From a virus (lineage: Duplodnaviria > Caudoviricetes): DNA of 33,760 nt. The translations under genes and the position numbers were made by a program. Positions 8,160 to 15,966 of the stretch are shown here, one piece after another. Numbering within the stretch: position 1 is the stretch's first letter; every line of letters starts with the position of its first letter. The stretch covers positions 1 to 33,760 of the IMG/VR virus record IMGVR_UViG_3300011443_000039; one strand, written 5' to 3'. Below the pieces are notes generated by a model, which was given only the letters and a program-made list of their open reading frames with translations, ran no database searches and was not told the DNA's origin.

Positions 8160-8398
8160 CGGCCACCGCCTTTCTTCGCCTTGCGCGCGGCAAGCCGATC
8201 CGCCGCTTCGGCCCGCGCCAGGAGCTTCGATGCCAAATCGTAGATGGCGTCATACGTCACCGCGAGCCGCCGCCGCGTGCCCTTCCGGCGCAACTCGATA
8301 TGGCGCGGGTGCAGTTCGATCAGAAGGGCGCGTGAGCGCCCTCCGTCCCGAATGCCAACCGCCGTCTCGCGCATGAGCGGCTTGTCGATCCGCGTCAT
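8156..8398 (-). CDS. Basic hypothetical protein
   Basis: ATGA overlap, SD GGAGGTG. Confidence 0.75.
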   Translation of the reverse strand: MTRIDKPLMRETAVGIRDGGRSRALLIELHPRHIELRRKGTRRRLAVTYDAIYDLASKLLARAEAADRLAARKAKKGGGR

Positions 8399-8847
8399 GC
8401 GGGCACCTCCGTCCAGGAAAGCTCCATCTGCCGGTCATCCGCCACCGGCCCCGGCCCCTGGAGCACCGGCACCGCCGCCATCGCCGCCAGCGTGGCCCGC
8501 GCATCTTCCAGGGCCTCATGGGTCAACTCTTCTTCCACGTCCCTGATATGGTCCGGGTGAGAGTCCGACTCGATCCCGCCCAAGTAGGCGCGCCCGATCA
8601 CCGTGCCGAAGGCCCAACGGGTGTCGGTGTCGATCGAGATCCTGACCGCGCAATCGAGCATCTGCCAGTCGCCGCGCCGGAAGGCCGCGAGCCGCTCGCG
8701 GTCCTGGGCCTCGTACCGCTCGATCTCGGCCCGCTCGCAACCGGAATAGTCCATGCCGCACAGGTAGCTCACGTCCGGTTGCGGGTCGCCCAACCACTCG
8801 ACTTCGTACCGGAGCCCGCCGCGCTCAAACGTCTTATTGGATGGCAT
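8395..8847 (-). CDS. Hypothetical protein
   Basis: SD GGAGGG; contains YLGGIESD. Confidence 0.75.
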   Translation of the reverse strand: MPSNKTFERGGLRYEVEWLGDPQPDVSYLCGMDYSGCERAEIERYEAQDRERLAAFRRGDWQMLDCAVRISIDTDTRWAFGTVIGRAYLGGIESDSHPDHIRDVEEELTHEALEDARATLAAMAAVPVLQGPGPVADDRQMELSWTEVPA

Positions 8848-8851
8848 CGCG

Positions 8852-9046
8852 CTAGCCCTCCAACTCTTCGCGGAGCTTCGCCGCCGCCGTCACATAGCCC
8901 TCAAACGCCGCCGCCAGACGCGGCGACGGCTCGCCCTTCATCATCATCAGCGCATCCTTGCGCCACTGCTCTGACGCGATCTGCAACGCGGTCCAGATGA
9001 GCGTTTGCTCCTGGACCTCGAAAGCCTCGAAACGATTCTGTTCCAT
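8852..9046 (-). CDS. Hypothetical protein
   Basis: SD AAGGTGA before ATG at 9046 (MEQNRFE...). Confidence 0.7.
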   Translation of the reverse strand: MEQNRFEAFEVQEQTLIWTALQIASEQWRKDALMMMKGEPSPRLAAAFEGYVTAAAKLREELEG

Positions 9047-9128
9047 GTTCACCTTTCTGTCTGTCATCCCGCGATACAACCCGGCCTCGCGCCCGCTCCG
9101 TCTGCGACCGGAGCGATGCGACTCCGAA

Positions 9129-9506
9129 TCAGCGATTGCCCGCGAAGTCCTCGACACGCGGGCCGGGGCACGTATTCGAGCCGGTGTCATGCCCGGTCGA
9201 GCCGCAGTCGGCGCACTCTTCATAGCCGCCGTCATCCGGCCACGGCGCATCAGGATCGACCACTTCAACGCCCTCCAGGTATGAGCCCGGCGAACAGATC
9301 ACGCCGAAGCAATACCGTTCTTCGTTGCACTCCATGTAGTCGCCGATCATGTCGTCGTCGTCAAGCTGGCGGTCGCCGCCGCAGTCGATCACGTAGCGGA
9401 GCAACTCGGCCTCAGCCTGCTCCTTCGTTTCATGCAACGTCACGCGGGCGTCCCGGCCCGCCCACGCGCGGCCACCATCAATCGTCAGAGCGTAATGCAC
9501 TCTCAC
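9129..9506 (-). CDS. Acidic hypothetical protein with C-terminal CxxCxxxxH...C knuckle
   Basis: GTGA overlap, SD GGAGGTGA. Confidence 0.7.
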   Translation of the reverse strand: MRVHYALTIDGGRAWAGRDARVTLHETKEQAEAELLRYVIDCGGDRQLDDDDMIGDYMECNEERYCFGVICSPGSYLEGVEVVDPDAPWPDDGGYEECADCGSTGHDTGSNTCPGPRVEDFAGNR

Positions 9507-9724
9507 CGTGTCACCTCCTGCAAAAACGCTTCCTCGTACCCTTCAATCGCAAACGAGTCGCCGAAGTGCCCGCCGCTGGCGATGCAATGCTCCATCGCAT
9601 CCGCATCGCGCACCGTGATCGTCAGGTAGCCTTCCTCCCACGCCATGCCGGTCACCGTGCCGGTCACCACCGATTCATTGACGCCGTGGAACGTCACCGC
9701 ATCGCCCAACTCGACCCGCTTCAT
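9503..9724 (-). CDS. Small beta-rich hypothetical protein
   Basis: TGATG overlap at 9722-9726, SD GGAGGTG. Confidence 0.7.
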   Translation of the reverse strand: MKRVELGDAVTFHGVNESVVTGTVTGMAWEEGYLTITVRDADAMEHCIASGGHFGDSFAIEGYEEAFLQEVTR

Positions 9725-10014
9725 CAGGACACCTCCCCGCACTGCCAGCACGCGCCCGCCGCTTCAATCTGCCCCCGGCAGACCGGGCACTCAAACGCCG
9801 CCGCCGTCATCGCCCGCGCCACCGGCCCGCGCCTGACGCTCGCCATCTCGACCCACTGGCGACCGTCACCGGCCACCGGCTCAACCAGGAAACGGTTCCG
9901 GCCCCATGAACACTTCACGTCGCGCACCGTGCAATCCACCCACAGTTCCCCGGCCCGCATCTGGATCGTCTCGCCCACGGCGACAATCATCTCGACCGCC
10001 GTCGCGCGCGTCAC
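9724..10014 (-). CDS. Hypothetical protein with C-terminal zinc ribbon
   Basis: GTGA overlap at 10011-10014; CPVC...CWQC. Confidence 0.7.
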   Translation of the reverse strand: MTRATAVEMIVAVGETIQMRAGELWVDCTVRDVKCSWGRNRFLVEPVAGDGRQWVEMASVRRGPVARAMTAAAFECPVCRGQIEAAGACWQCGEVS

Positions 10015-10454
10015 CGGCCTACCTCCACCCACTCGCCTTCGGCCCACTCGATCAGCGCCTTGCCCAACGCCGCCGCGTCGTCATACACGCCCAGGATGCG
10101 CTGGCCGCTCAGGACCGCCGGTTTGCGCTCATTGTCGCCGTACACCTTCGCGCTGGCCCCCAACCGCGACACGTACACCGTGATCGGATACATCCGCTCA
10201 GGCCGGGCAAGCTCCGTCGCTTCGCGCTTCAACTCCAGTACGCTCCCCTTGGTAAACGAGAGCCACTGGCCGCGCTCATCACGCCGTTGCGTGTAGAGCA
10301 TCACCTCGCCCTCGTCATTCACATACGAGTCCCGCAACGATACGCGGAACACGTCACGCGGAAAAGCCCGCAACCCAAACGTCGCCGGGAATTCACCCGC
10401 CGCCGCCGCTATCATCCCGTCGCGCTCACCGCGACTCATCAAACTCCAATGCAT
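10011..10454 (-). CDS. Hypothetical protein
   Basis: SD GAGGTGAAG. Confidence 0.75.
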   Translation of the reverse strand: MHWSLMSRGERDGMIAAAAGEFPATFGLRAFPRDVFRVSLRDSYVNDEGEVMLYTQRRDERGQWLSFTKGSVLELKREATELARPERMYPITVYVSRLGASAKVYGDNERKPAVLSGQRILGVYDDAAALGKALIEWAEGEWVEVGR

Positions 10455-10486
10455 CTCTTCACCTCGTTCATCTCGCTACGATCCTC

Positions 10487-10538
10487 AGATCCGCGCCAGG
10501 AGCCCACTGGCCGGTGCCGGTGAGCCCTGACTCGACCC
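10487..10538 (-). repeat. Intergenic long irregular hairpin, copy C
   Basis: - strand GTCAGGGCTCACCGGC-ACCG-GCCAGTGGGCTCCTGGC. Confidence 0.6.
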
Positions 10539-10539
10539 G

Positions 10540-10794
10540 CTAAATCAGCGGATGCAAGCGCGACTGGGGCCACTTGCGCGCAGCCGCCTCATACAACTCA
10601 CGCGAGCCCGGCTCCGGTTCCAGGTAGCAGCGCAACGCCTCGACACCGGCCCGGTAGCCCTCGCGCATCAACGCGCTCTGGATCTGCTCGTCGCCGTTCT
10701 CCGCTTTGAACCAGTAGTACGATCCGGCCTCGACCACCGCCTTCCGCAACTCGGTCACCGACATGGGCTCGGCCCGCTTCGTTCTTCGCGCCAT
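10540..10794 (-). CDS. Hypothetical protein
   Basis: GAGGTGAAGTGATG junction (MARRTKRAE...). Confidence 0.7.
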   Translation of the reverse strand: MARRTKRAEPMSVTELRKAVVEAGSYYWFKAENGDEQIQSALMREGYRAGVEALRCYLEPEPGSRELYEAAARKWPQSRLHPLI

Positions 10795-11144
10795 CACTTC
10801 ACCTCCTCTTGTATCGACTTCCAAATCTTGCAGTAGAACTTCCGGTAGAAGCTCGACCATCCCTGACACCCGGTCGAGTTGCCAAACTCGTTCTCGATCC
10901 AGGAACCCTTGTTCGCCTTGTAGCCGCGCGCGTTGCCCCACGCCTTCGCCATCACGTTGCGCCAGTCGCCATGCAACAGAGCCTCGCGCTGCTTCGCCGC
11001 CGCGTTCCAGACCGCCACCGGCTTCGCCACCGGCAACCACGGCTCGTCATCCGCATGAGCCGCGCTCAGATCCCACGTCACCGTCACCGGCCCGCTGGCG
11101 ACCGGCCCGCGTGGCGCACTCCAAACCTCATACGCCGTCTTCAC
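10794..11144 (-). CDS. Trp-rich hypothetical protein
   Basis: GAGGTGAAGTAGTG junction; ends EVK*. Confidence 0.75.
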   Translation of the reverse strand: MKTAYEVWSAPRGPVASGPVTVTWDLSAAHADDEPWLPVAKPVAVWNAAAKQREALLHGDWRNVMAKAWGNARGYKANKGSWIENEFGNSTGCQGWSSFYRKFYCKIWKSIQEEVK

Positions 11145-11326
11145 TACTTCACCTCCAATGCTTCATCGATCCGGCCCACTACCCCAACCGCCAGCGCCCG
11201 CAAATCCTCCAACTCGCCAACAAACAAATCGTCCGTCAACGTGCCATCGAACACGGCCTGCACCTCTTTGAGCAGATCCTGCATCTTGATCAGCCGGTCA
11301 ATCGCGCTCATCGTCTCCGTCGCCAT
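11144..11326 (-). CDS. Small acidic helical protein
   Basis: GGAGGTGAAGAAGTAGATG junction; ends EVK*. Confidence 0.7.
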   Translation of the reverse strand: MATETMSAIDRLIKMQDLLKEVQAVFDGTLTDDLFVGELEDLRALAVGVVGRIDEALEVK

Positions 11327-11602
11327 CTACTTCTTCACCTCCGCTTTCACTTCCGCCTTCTCAGCCCACGCGCCGTTACCGGCCTGCTTCGCCGTCGACG
11401 CCTTCCCGGCCTTCCAGCAACGCTTGCACTCCGTCAGGCCATGCTTCACCGCAACCGCCCGATCCGCGTGCAGCCCATGCGCCTTCCCGTTGCGCGTCGA
11501 GCAACTGGTCGTTGAATGGAACGCCTTGCTGGCACTCCCGAAGTACACCGTCTCGGCCAGCGCCATCCCGGCCAGGATCAATCCCGTCAGTATCGTCTTC
11601 AT
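11327..11602 (-). CDS. Exported small protein with putative His/Cys metal-binding domain
   Basis: Signal peptide ending ALA; VY...FH....C...A...G...CKRC. Confidence 0.75.
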   Translation of the reverse strand: MKTILTGLILAGMALAETVYFGSASKAFHSTTSCSTRNGKAHGLHADRAVAVKHGLTECKRCWKAGKASTAKQAGNGAWAEKAEVKAEVKK

Positions 11603-11653
11603 CTTCTGTGTTCACCTTTCTGTCTTCCCGCCGCCCTCAATCGGAGAGCGGTC

Positions 11654-11681
11654 AATATGATGATACCAGTTAGGAACGCAA
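11654..11681 (-). promoter_or_regulatory. Putative leftward promoter of the small-gene array
   Basis: AT-rich patch; TTGCGT-16nt-CATATT or extended -10 TGGTATCAT; hairpin CCGCTCTC/GAGGGCGG just downstream. Confidence 0.5.
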
Positions 11682-11704
11682 GGTTACACCCATTACAAAG
11701 ATAA

Positions 11705-11738
11705 TTGAAACGATATCGCGTGTGCTACGCTCCACCTC
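11705..11738 (+). promoter_or_regulatory. Putative rightward promoter, possibly leaderless
   Basis: TGc-TACGCT at 11723-11731, 7 nt before ATG 11739; no SD. Confidence 0.45.
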
Positions 11739-12689
11739 ATGGAACCCTCACAGAATCATGGGGATGACGCCAGGCCGGACCTCGAGAAAATTTCTCAGGA
11801 AAATAAAGATTCCAACCTGTACCCGCCGCCCGCCAGCGCGCCACCAGCCACCACCGGCCTTCCACCACGGCCCGCTGGCCGCTACTGCACAACCTGCACT
11901 CACCCGGCCCGCGATCAGATCGACGCCCTCCTGGTCGCCGGTCAACGCAGCTTCGCTTCCATTGCCGGTGATTTCGGGCTGAACGACTCCAGCCTCCAAC
12001 GACATGCTCAAGAGCACTTGCCTGCAAGACTGCTTCGTAATCGGGAGGAACTTCAAACCCGTGCGGATGCCGCGTTCGTAAAGCTGGCCGTCACGCAGAG
12101 CGTGAACCGCCTACGGCGCATCCAGGGCCGGATGGATCTATTGGAACAGGTGCGGCTCGACCGGGCCGGTGCCGCCGATCCCGGCGTTCCTGGTGACCGC
12201 ACCGGCCTGATCGTTAAACAGGTGCGGTCGATCCGCACCGGCCAGGAGTCATGGCGCGAAGTGGTCGACGCGCATGTGGACACCGGTCTCCTGGCCGAAG
12301 AGAGAATGTTGGAGCGTGCCGCCGCCGTCGAGACGGGTGAGTGGCTCGCGCAAACCGGGAAAGGTGCCTTCGGCGCTGGCGAAGGTGGCCGTGGCCCGTT
12401 GGTGGTTGTGCTGGCGACCGGCCTGCAGCCGATCCCCGGCCCCGCCGGGCCCGAAGCCGCGCGGCATCGTATTAGTGATGCACGCCGCCAGCGCACCGCG
12501 ACCGCCGCAGAAGTCGAGGGAGCGCAGGCCGGTGGCGTTGCGCCACCACTGAACCGGCTCGACATGCTCGACCTGGAGCAAACCCCGGAGTGGGTGCCTG
12601 GAGCGCCGGATACCTTAGAAGGTGCATTACCGGGTGCGGTCCAGGGCGACCGGCCCGGCCCCGAAGCTGAGAGCCTCGACTCCGATTGA
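11739..12689 (+). CDS. Putative terminase small subunit (CxxCxHP plus helix-turn-helix)
   Basis: CTTCTHPARDQIDALLVAG..SFASIAGDFGLNDSSLQRHAQEHL, helical middle, disordered tail; same strand as and upstream of terL. Confidence 0.6.
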   Translation: MEPSQNHGDDARPDLEKISQENKDSNLYPPPASAPPATTGLPPRPAGRYCTTCTHPARDQIDALLVAGQRSFASIAGDFGLNDSSLQRHAQEHLPARLLRNREELQTRADAAFVKLAVTQSVNRLRRIQGRMDLLEQVRLDRAGAADPGVPGDRTGLIVKQVRSIRTGQESWREVVDAHVDTGLLAEERMLERAAAVETGEWLAQTGKGAFGAGEGGRGPLVVVLATGLQPIPGPAGPEAARHRISDARRQRTATAAEVEGAQAGGVAPPLNRLDMLDLEQTPEWVPGAPDTLEGALPGAVQGDRPGPEAESLDSD

Positions 12690-13477
12690 GTGGTGGCGCT
12701 GGCCGGGCTCGACCGCGCCGGCCACCGGCTCGAGTCGCGCTTCCTTTAGAATGAGCGCGTTGCGGCGACCCCCCCCATGCCCGCGAATTCCGGGGCCCCG
12801 CGGGTCCAGCCGAAGGGTGTGTTCGCGCATGTGTGAAGTTCAAAAAGCAGGGAGTGGGGAAGAGGTTCGCGTGTGTGTGAAGTCCGGAAAGTGTGGCACC
12901 TGGGATGAGGTGTGGGGAAGGGTACGGTACTACAGTAGCTTTCCTCATCTTCTGCGAAGATGAGGTGTGGGAGGGGGAACTGAAACGCTACACCGAAGAA
13001 GAAAGAAAACCAGTATATCTGTATACCCCCCCCAACCCCCCAAGGAAAAAAGGGAGCAAACCGCAAAAACGCGCGAGCCTCAAAAACGCCGCGAAGGAGC
13101 ATTGTATACCACCCGGGCCCGGTTTTGGGTGGGGCCCCCTTTTGAGGGTGGTAGAAGGGATTTTCTACCAGGGAGAAAGAGACCCGCGTTTGAGGGGTAC
13201 AAGGTGTAGTTTTCGTGACTACAGAGAGAGTGGTGTGTGATAGGCTTGTGGTGTTCGATTTTCAGCATGGGTGCCCTGGTTTATCACTCAAAACCGGGGC
13301 ATTCTTGCGTTTTGTGGGGCCATCCCGGTCCAGTCCAGGGGTAAGGGCGAAGGGTTCCCTATTGGGGAGCCTGTACTCGTAGACGTTGGACTATTTTCAC
13401 TGGAGCGCCGCCGGGATTAGTCCACTTCCCATTTTCCCTCCCGTTTTGCGCAAAACTCTTTTACACTGCTTTCTGAG
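12690..13477. other. Non-coding repeat/hairpin-rich region (candidate terminus, pac or origin)
   Basis: Lower GC, C/G/A homopolymers, direct repeats 12821/12865 and 12904/12959, several inverted repeats. Confidence 0.55.
13443..13456. promoter_or_regulatory. Palindromic operator candidate
   Basis: Perfect 14-bp palindrome GTTTTGCGCAAAAC; core recurs at 16828-16839; TACACT at 13462. Confidence 0.5.
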
Positions 13478-13489
13478 GTGAAACAAGCA

Positions 13490-13711
13490 GTGGGACGATG
13501 CAGAATATGCGGGACGGACCTATCGAAAGACTTATTTGCGTATGTAGCGCAGAAGCCGGTGTGTTGTATATGCACGGCGAAGTATGTGGGCGGGAATTTC
13601 TCGCCGGGATGGATCGAGGATGTGCGGATGGCGTTGAATCTGGCTGAGGGCGAGTATTTGGAGCAGGATCAGGCGGCCGAGGCGCGGCGGTTGCTGGGGA
13701 GGGCGCGGTGA
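13490..13711 (+). CDS. Zinc-finger hypothetical protein
   Basis: SD GAGGTGAA before GTG 13490 (alternative start 13478); CRIC...CCIC. Confidence 0.65.
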   Translation: MGRCRICGTDLSKDLFAYVAQKPVCCICTAKYVGGNFSPGWIEDVRMALNLAEGEYLEQDQAAEARRLLGRAR

Positions 13712-13947
13712 TGAAGCGGGTATGGGTGGAATTGACGTCGACGGACGGGCGAAAGCTGATGTTCCAGGTGGGGAAGATCACGGCGATCAAGGAGGGCGAT
13801 GGCAAGCTCCAGGCGCCGACGTACATCGAGACGGTGGCTGGCGGATCGGTGGACGAGGATTTGTGGGCGATTCGGGAGCCTTACGAGAAGGTGATCGAGA
13901 AGATCTCGAGGGCGGAGTGGGCGACCGGGGAGGGGCACGGGGTATGA
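13711..13947 (+). CDS. FlbD-like small protein
   Basis: TGATG overlap; VELT..DG...I.AI.E...IREPYEKVIEKI pattern. Confidence 0.6.
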   Translation: MKRVWVELTSTDGRKLMFQVGKITAIKEGDGKLQAPTYIETVAGGSVDEDLWAIREPYEKVIEKISRAEWATGEGHGV

Positions 13948-14144
13948 AATTCATCCGGCTGGTGAGGGAAGGCGTGGAGGCGGTGGTGTGGTTGCGGGTG
14001 GAGGCGATTCTGGCGATCCAGGAGTCCTCTCAGGGGACGCGGGTGGATTTACATGGAGGGCACTCGTATCATGTCAAGGAGACGGTCGAGGAGATTTACG
14101 AAGAGATGGAGCGGATGCGGGCTTCGGCCGGCGCGGTGAAGTAA
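13944..14144 (+). CDS. FlbD-like small protein
   Basis: ATGA overlap; FIRL...I.AIQE...T.V.L.GG.SY.VKETVEEI pattern. Confidence 0.65.
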   Translation: MKFIRLVREGVEAVVWLRVEAILAIQESSQGTRVDLHGGHSYHVKETVEEIYEEMERMRASAGAVK

Positions 14145-14158
14145 GTAGGAGGTAAGAG

Positions 14159-14710
14159 ATGCCGGAAGATCGCAAGCAGGCTAAGGCGCAGCCTTCGGCC
14201 GAGGACCGGCATTTCCGTTTGCCGATTTACCGGGAGCCGATGAGGCCGTCGACGGCGGGGCGGTGGCGTAAGTGGGACCAGTCGACGCCGATGGGGAAGG
14301 CGATGGCGCGCGAGCGCGGGCCCGAAGAGATCACCATCAACGACAACGTGCCGCAGGGTAACCCGGACGAGGTGATGGCGCGCAAGGATGAGTACGGGCG
14401 CACGTTGCGGCACGAGCTCGCGCATGCGATGCAGGAGCGTGGGGATATTAGTCCGGATGTAAGTGCTTTTGAGATGCCGTGGCGGCGGGAGTTCTGGTCG
14501 GACGATTATCATGCGCCTAAGTACCGTAAGAAGCTGGAGGAGGAAGCCGGCCCGGACGAGGCGGATGCGTACACGCTCTCCGGGACGGTGGATCTGAGTA
14601 AGTACTTGCCGCAGGATCCCTCGAAGATGAAGGCGCTTAAGCGGAACCAGCTTGAGCAGATGAATAAGCGCGGGCTGGGTAAGTACACCAAGATCTGGGA
14701 GCGGGACTGA
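14159..14710 (+). CDS. Putative zincin-type metallopeptidase
   Basis: SD AGGAGGT; TLRHELAHAMQ (HExxH) and downstream EADAY. Confidence 0.65.
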   Translation: MPEDRKQAKAQPSAEDRHFRLPIYREPMRPSTAGRWRKWDQSTPMGKAMARERGPEEITINDNVPQGNPDEVMARKDEYGRTLRHELAHAMQERGDISPDVSAFEMPWRREFWSDDYHAPKYRKKLEEEAGPDEADAYTLSGTVDLSKYLPQDPSKMKALKRNQLEQMNKRGLGKYTKIWERD

Positions 14711-14713
14711 CTT

Positions 14714-14974
14714 ATGGCGGCGGCGGCCTCCTCTTCGCGGGTGAACCTGCATACCTGTCGGAAGGGGCCGGTGTTATTCCGGCATGGCGGGCCGTGCGAG
14801 CAGTGCGAGGCGGCGAAGTTACTGACGAAGGTGTTTTTCGGGCCGCGGGAGTGTACGCGGGGGCAGGCCCACTTGTACGATGGGCCGTTCATCGAGGAGC
14901 CGAACGGGTTGTGGCAGTCGAAGACGTGTTCGCGGTGCGGCCGCCTGGCGATCACCGACACGGTGTGGGAGTAA
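14714..14974 (+). CDS. Cys-rich hypothetical protein
   Basis: Tight packing; H.YDGP...CSRCG. Confidence 0.6.
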   Translation: MAAAASSSRVNLHTCRKGPVLFRHGGPCEQCEAAKLLTKVFFGPRECTRGQAHLYDGPFIEEPNGLWQSKTCSRCGRLAITDTVWE

Positions 14975-14981
14975 GTAAGTT

Positions 14982-15209
14982 ATGACTCAGGAAGAGAAGA
15001 CGACGGCGCTTGGGAAGGTATTCGCGGCGGTGGAGCCGCTGGGTTACTTAGTGGAGGTCGATGAAGAGACGAGCGCTGTTATTGTCAATTGCTCGACCAA
15101 GCACCGGTCGCGCCAGTCGGGGGCGGTGCTTCAGGCGGCGCTGGCGGCGGGCGTCAATATTGTGGGGACCAGGGCCGGGCGGCGCGGCTTTGAGATTGTG
15201 GTGGGGTAA
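14982..15209 (+). CDS. Hypothetical protein
   Basis: 75 aa, tightly packed. Confidence 0.65.
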   Translation: MTQEEKTTALGKVFAAVEPLGYLVEVDEETSAVIVNCSTKHRSRQSGAVLQAALAAGVNIVGTRAGRRGFEIVVG

Positions 15210-15386
15210 GTGAAGATCTCGGAGTTAATGGGGATGTTACGCGACTATGCGGCGCATCATGGCGACCATGAGGTGAAGGTTCTGAACATCGACGCGGGCG
15301 CGGAGGACTATGCCACGCTCTTCATCCTCGACCTGTATCCCTCGCACGGCGCGGCGGTGTTACGGGTGGGCGTCCACGGCGATTAG
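15210..15386 (+). CDS. 58-aa hypothetical protein (not in ORF track)
   Basis: MKISELMGMLRDYAAHHGDHEVKV...GVHGD*; abuts upstream stop and fills the gap to the convergent gene. Confidence 0.65.
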   Translation: MKISELMGMLRDYAAHHGDHEVKVLNIDAGAEDYATLFILDLYPSHGAAVLRVGVHGD

Positions 15387-15388
15387 CG

Positions 15389-15736
15389 TTACTTGAGCGG
15401 CCACTCGGCGGGGATCGATCCGGTGGCGGCGACGTTTTCCTGGAGCTTCAGTTTCTGGATGATGTCCCAGCGCTCGCGCCGCTGGGTGAGGATGTTATAG
15501 ACGTTGGCACCGCCTAACCTCTCGATGGCTAAGTCGCAGGCCGTTTCGAATTCCTCGACCGCGAAGCTGATGTCTCCGTTCACGGGTTCTCTTTTCTCCA
15601 GGTGGATCATGATGGCGGCGCGTTTGCCGCAGTCGTTGCAGATGCCGGTTTGCTGGTCGATCGACGGGTGGTAGCAGCACTTCCATTCGCCGGGCTGCGG
15701 AGGGAAGGTGAAATCCGGATCGCCGCCGAAGCTCAT
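15389..15736 (-). CDS. Hypothetical protein with CxH...CxxC
   Basis: ATGA overlap at 15733-15736. Confidence 0.65.
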   Translation of the reverse strand: MSFGGDPDFTFPPQPGEWKCCYHPSIDQQTGICNDCGKRAAIMIHLEKREPVNGDISFAVEEFETACDLAIERLGGANVYNILTQRRERWDIIQKLKLQENVAATGSIPAEWPLK

Positions 15737-15966
15737 ACTTCCACGCCGTTTTCGTAGATGACGATCGAGTCTTCTAAGATGCGCGGCGAGGGGATATTGA
15801 GGCCGGTGCGGGCGTTCTCGTCCTCCTCTTTGATCTTGCGGGGCTGCGCGTAAGCGAGGTACTGGCGGGCCTCCTCGACGGTTTCGAACGACATCGAGAC
15901 GAGGCATTGGGCGGTGCGGTAGCGGAGGATCACGCAGTTTTTCGAAGGCGCGTAAGTGGCGCTCAT
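15733..15966 (-). CDS. Hypothetical protein
   Basis: ATGA overlap at 15963-15966, SD GAGGAG. Confidence 0.65.
   Translation of the reverse strand: MSATYAPSKNCVILRYRTAQCLVSMSFETVEEARQYLAYAQPRKIKEEDENARTGLNIPSPRILEDSIVIYENGVEV

Noticed and set aside
3160-10538. Integron attC sites
   Set aside because: No RYYYAAC/GTTRRRY boxes, not after every gene, and no integrase in the window
1762-11660. Long + strand ORFs such as 1762-2838, 9005-10183 and 10809-11660
   Set aside because: R/P/A-rich shadows antisense to a tightly coupled - strand array
12893-13240. 115-aa ORF in the non-coding region
   Set aside because: No SD, atypical codon use, built from homopolymers and repeats; a gene remnant cannot be excluded
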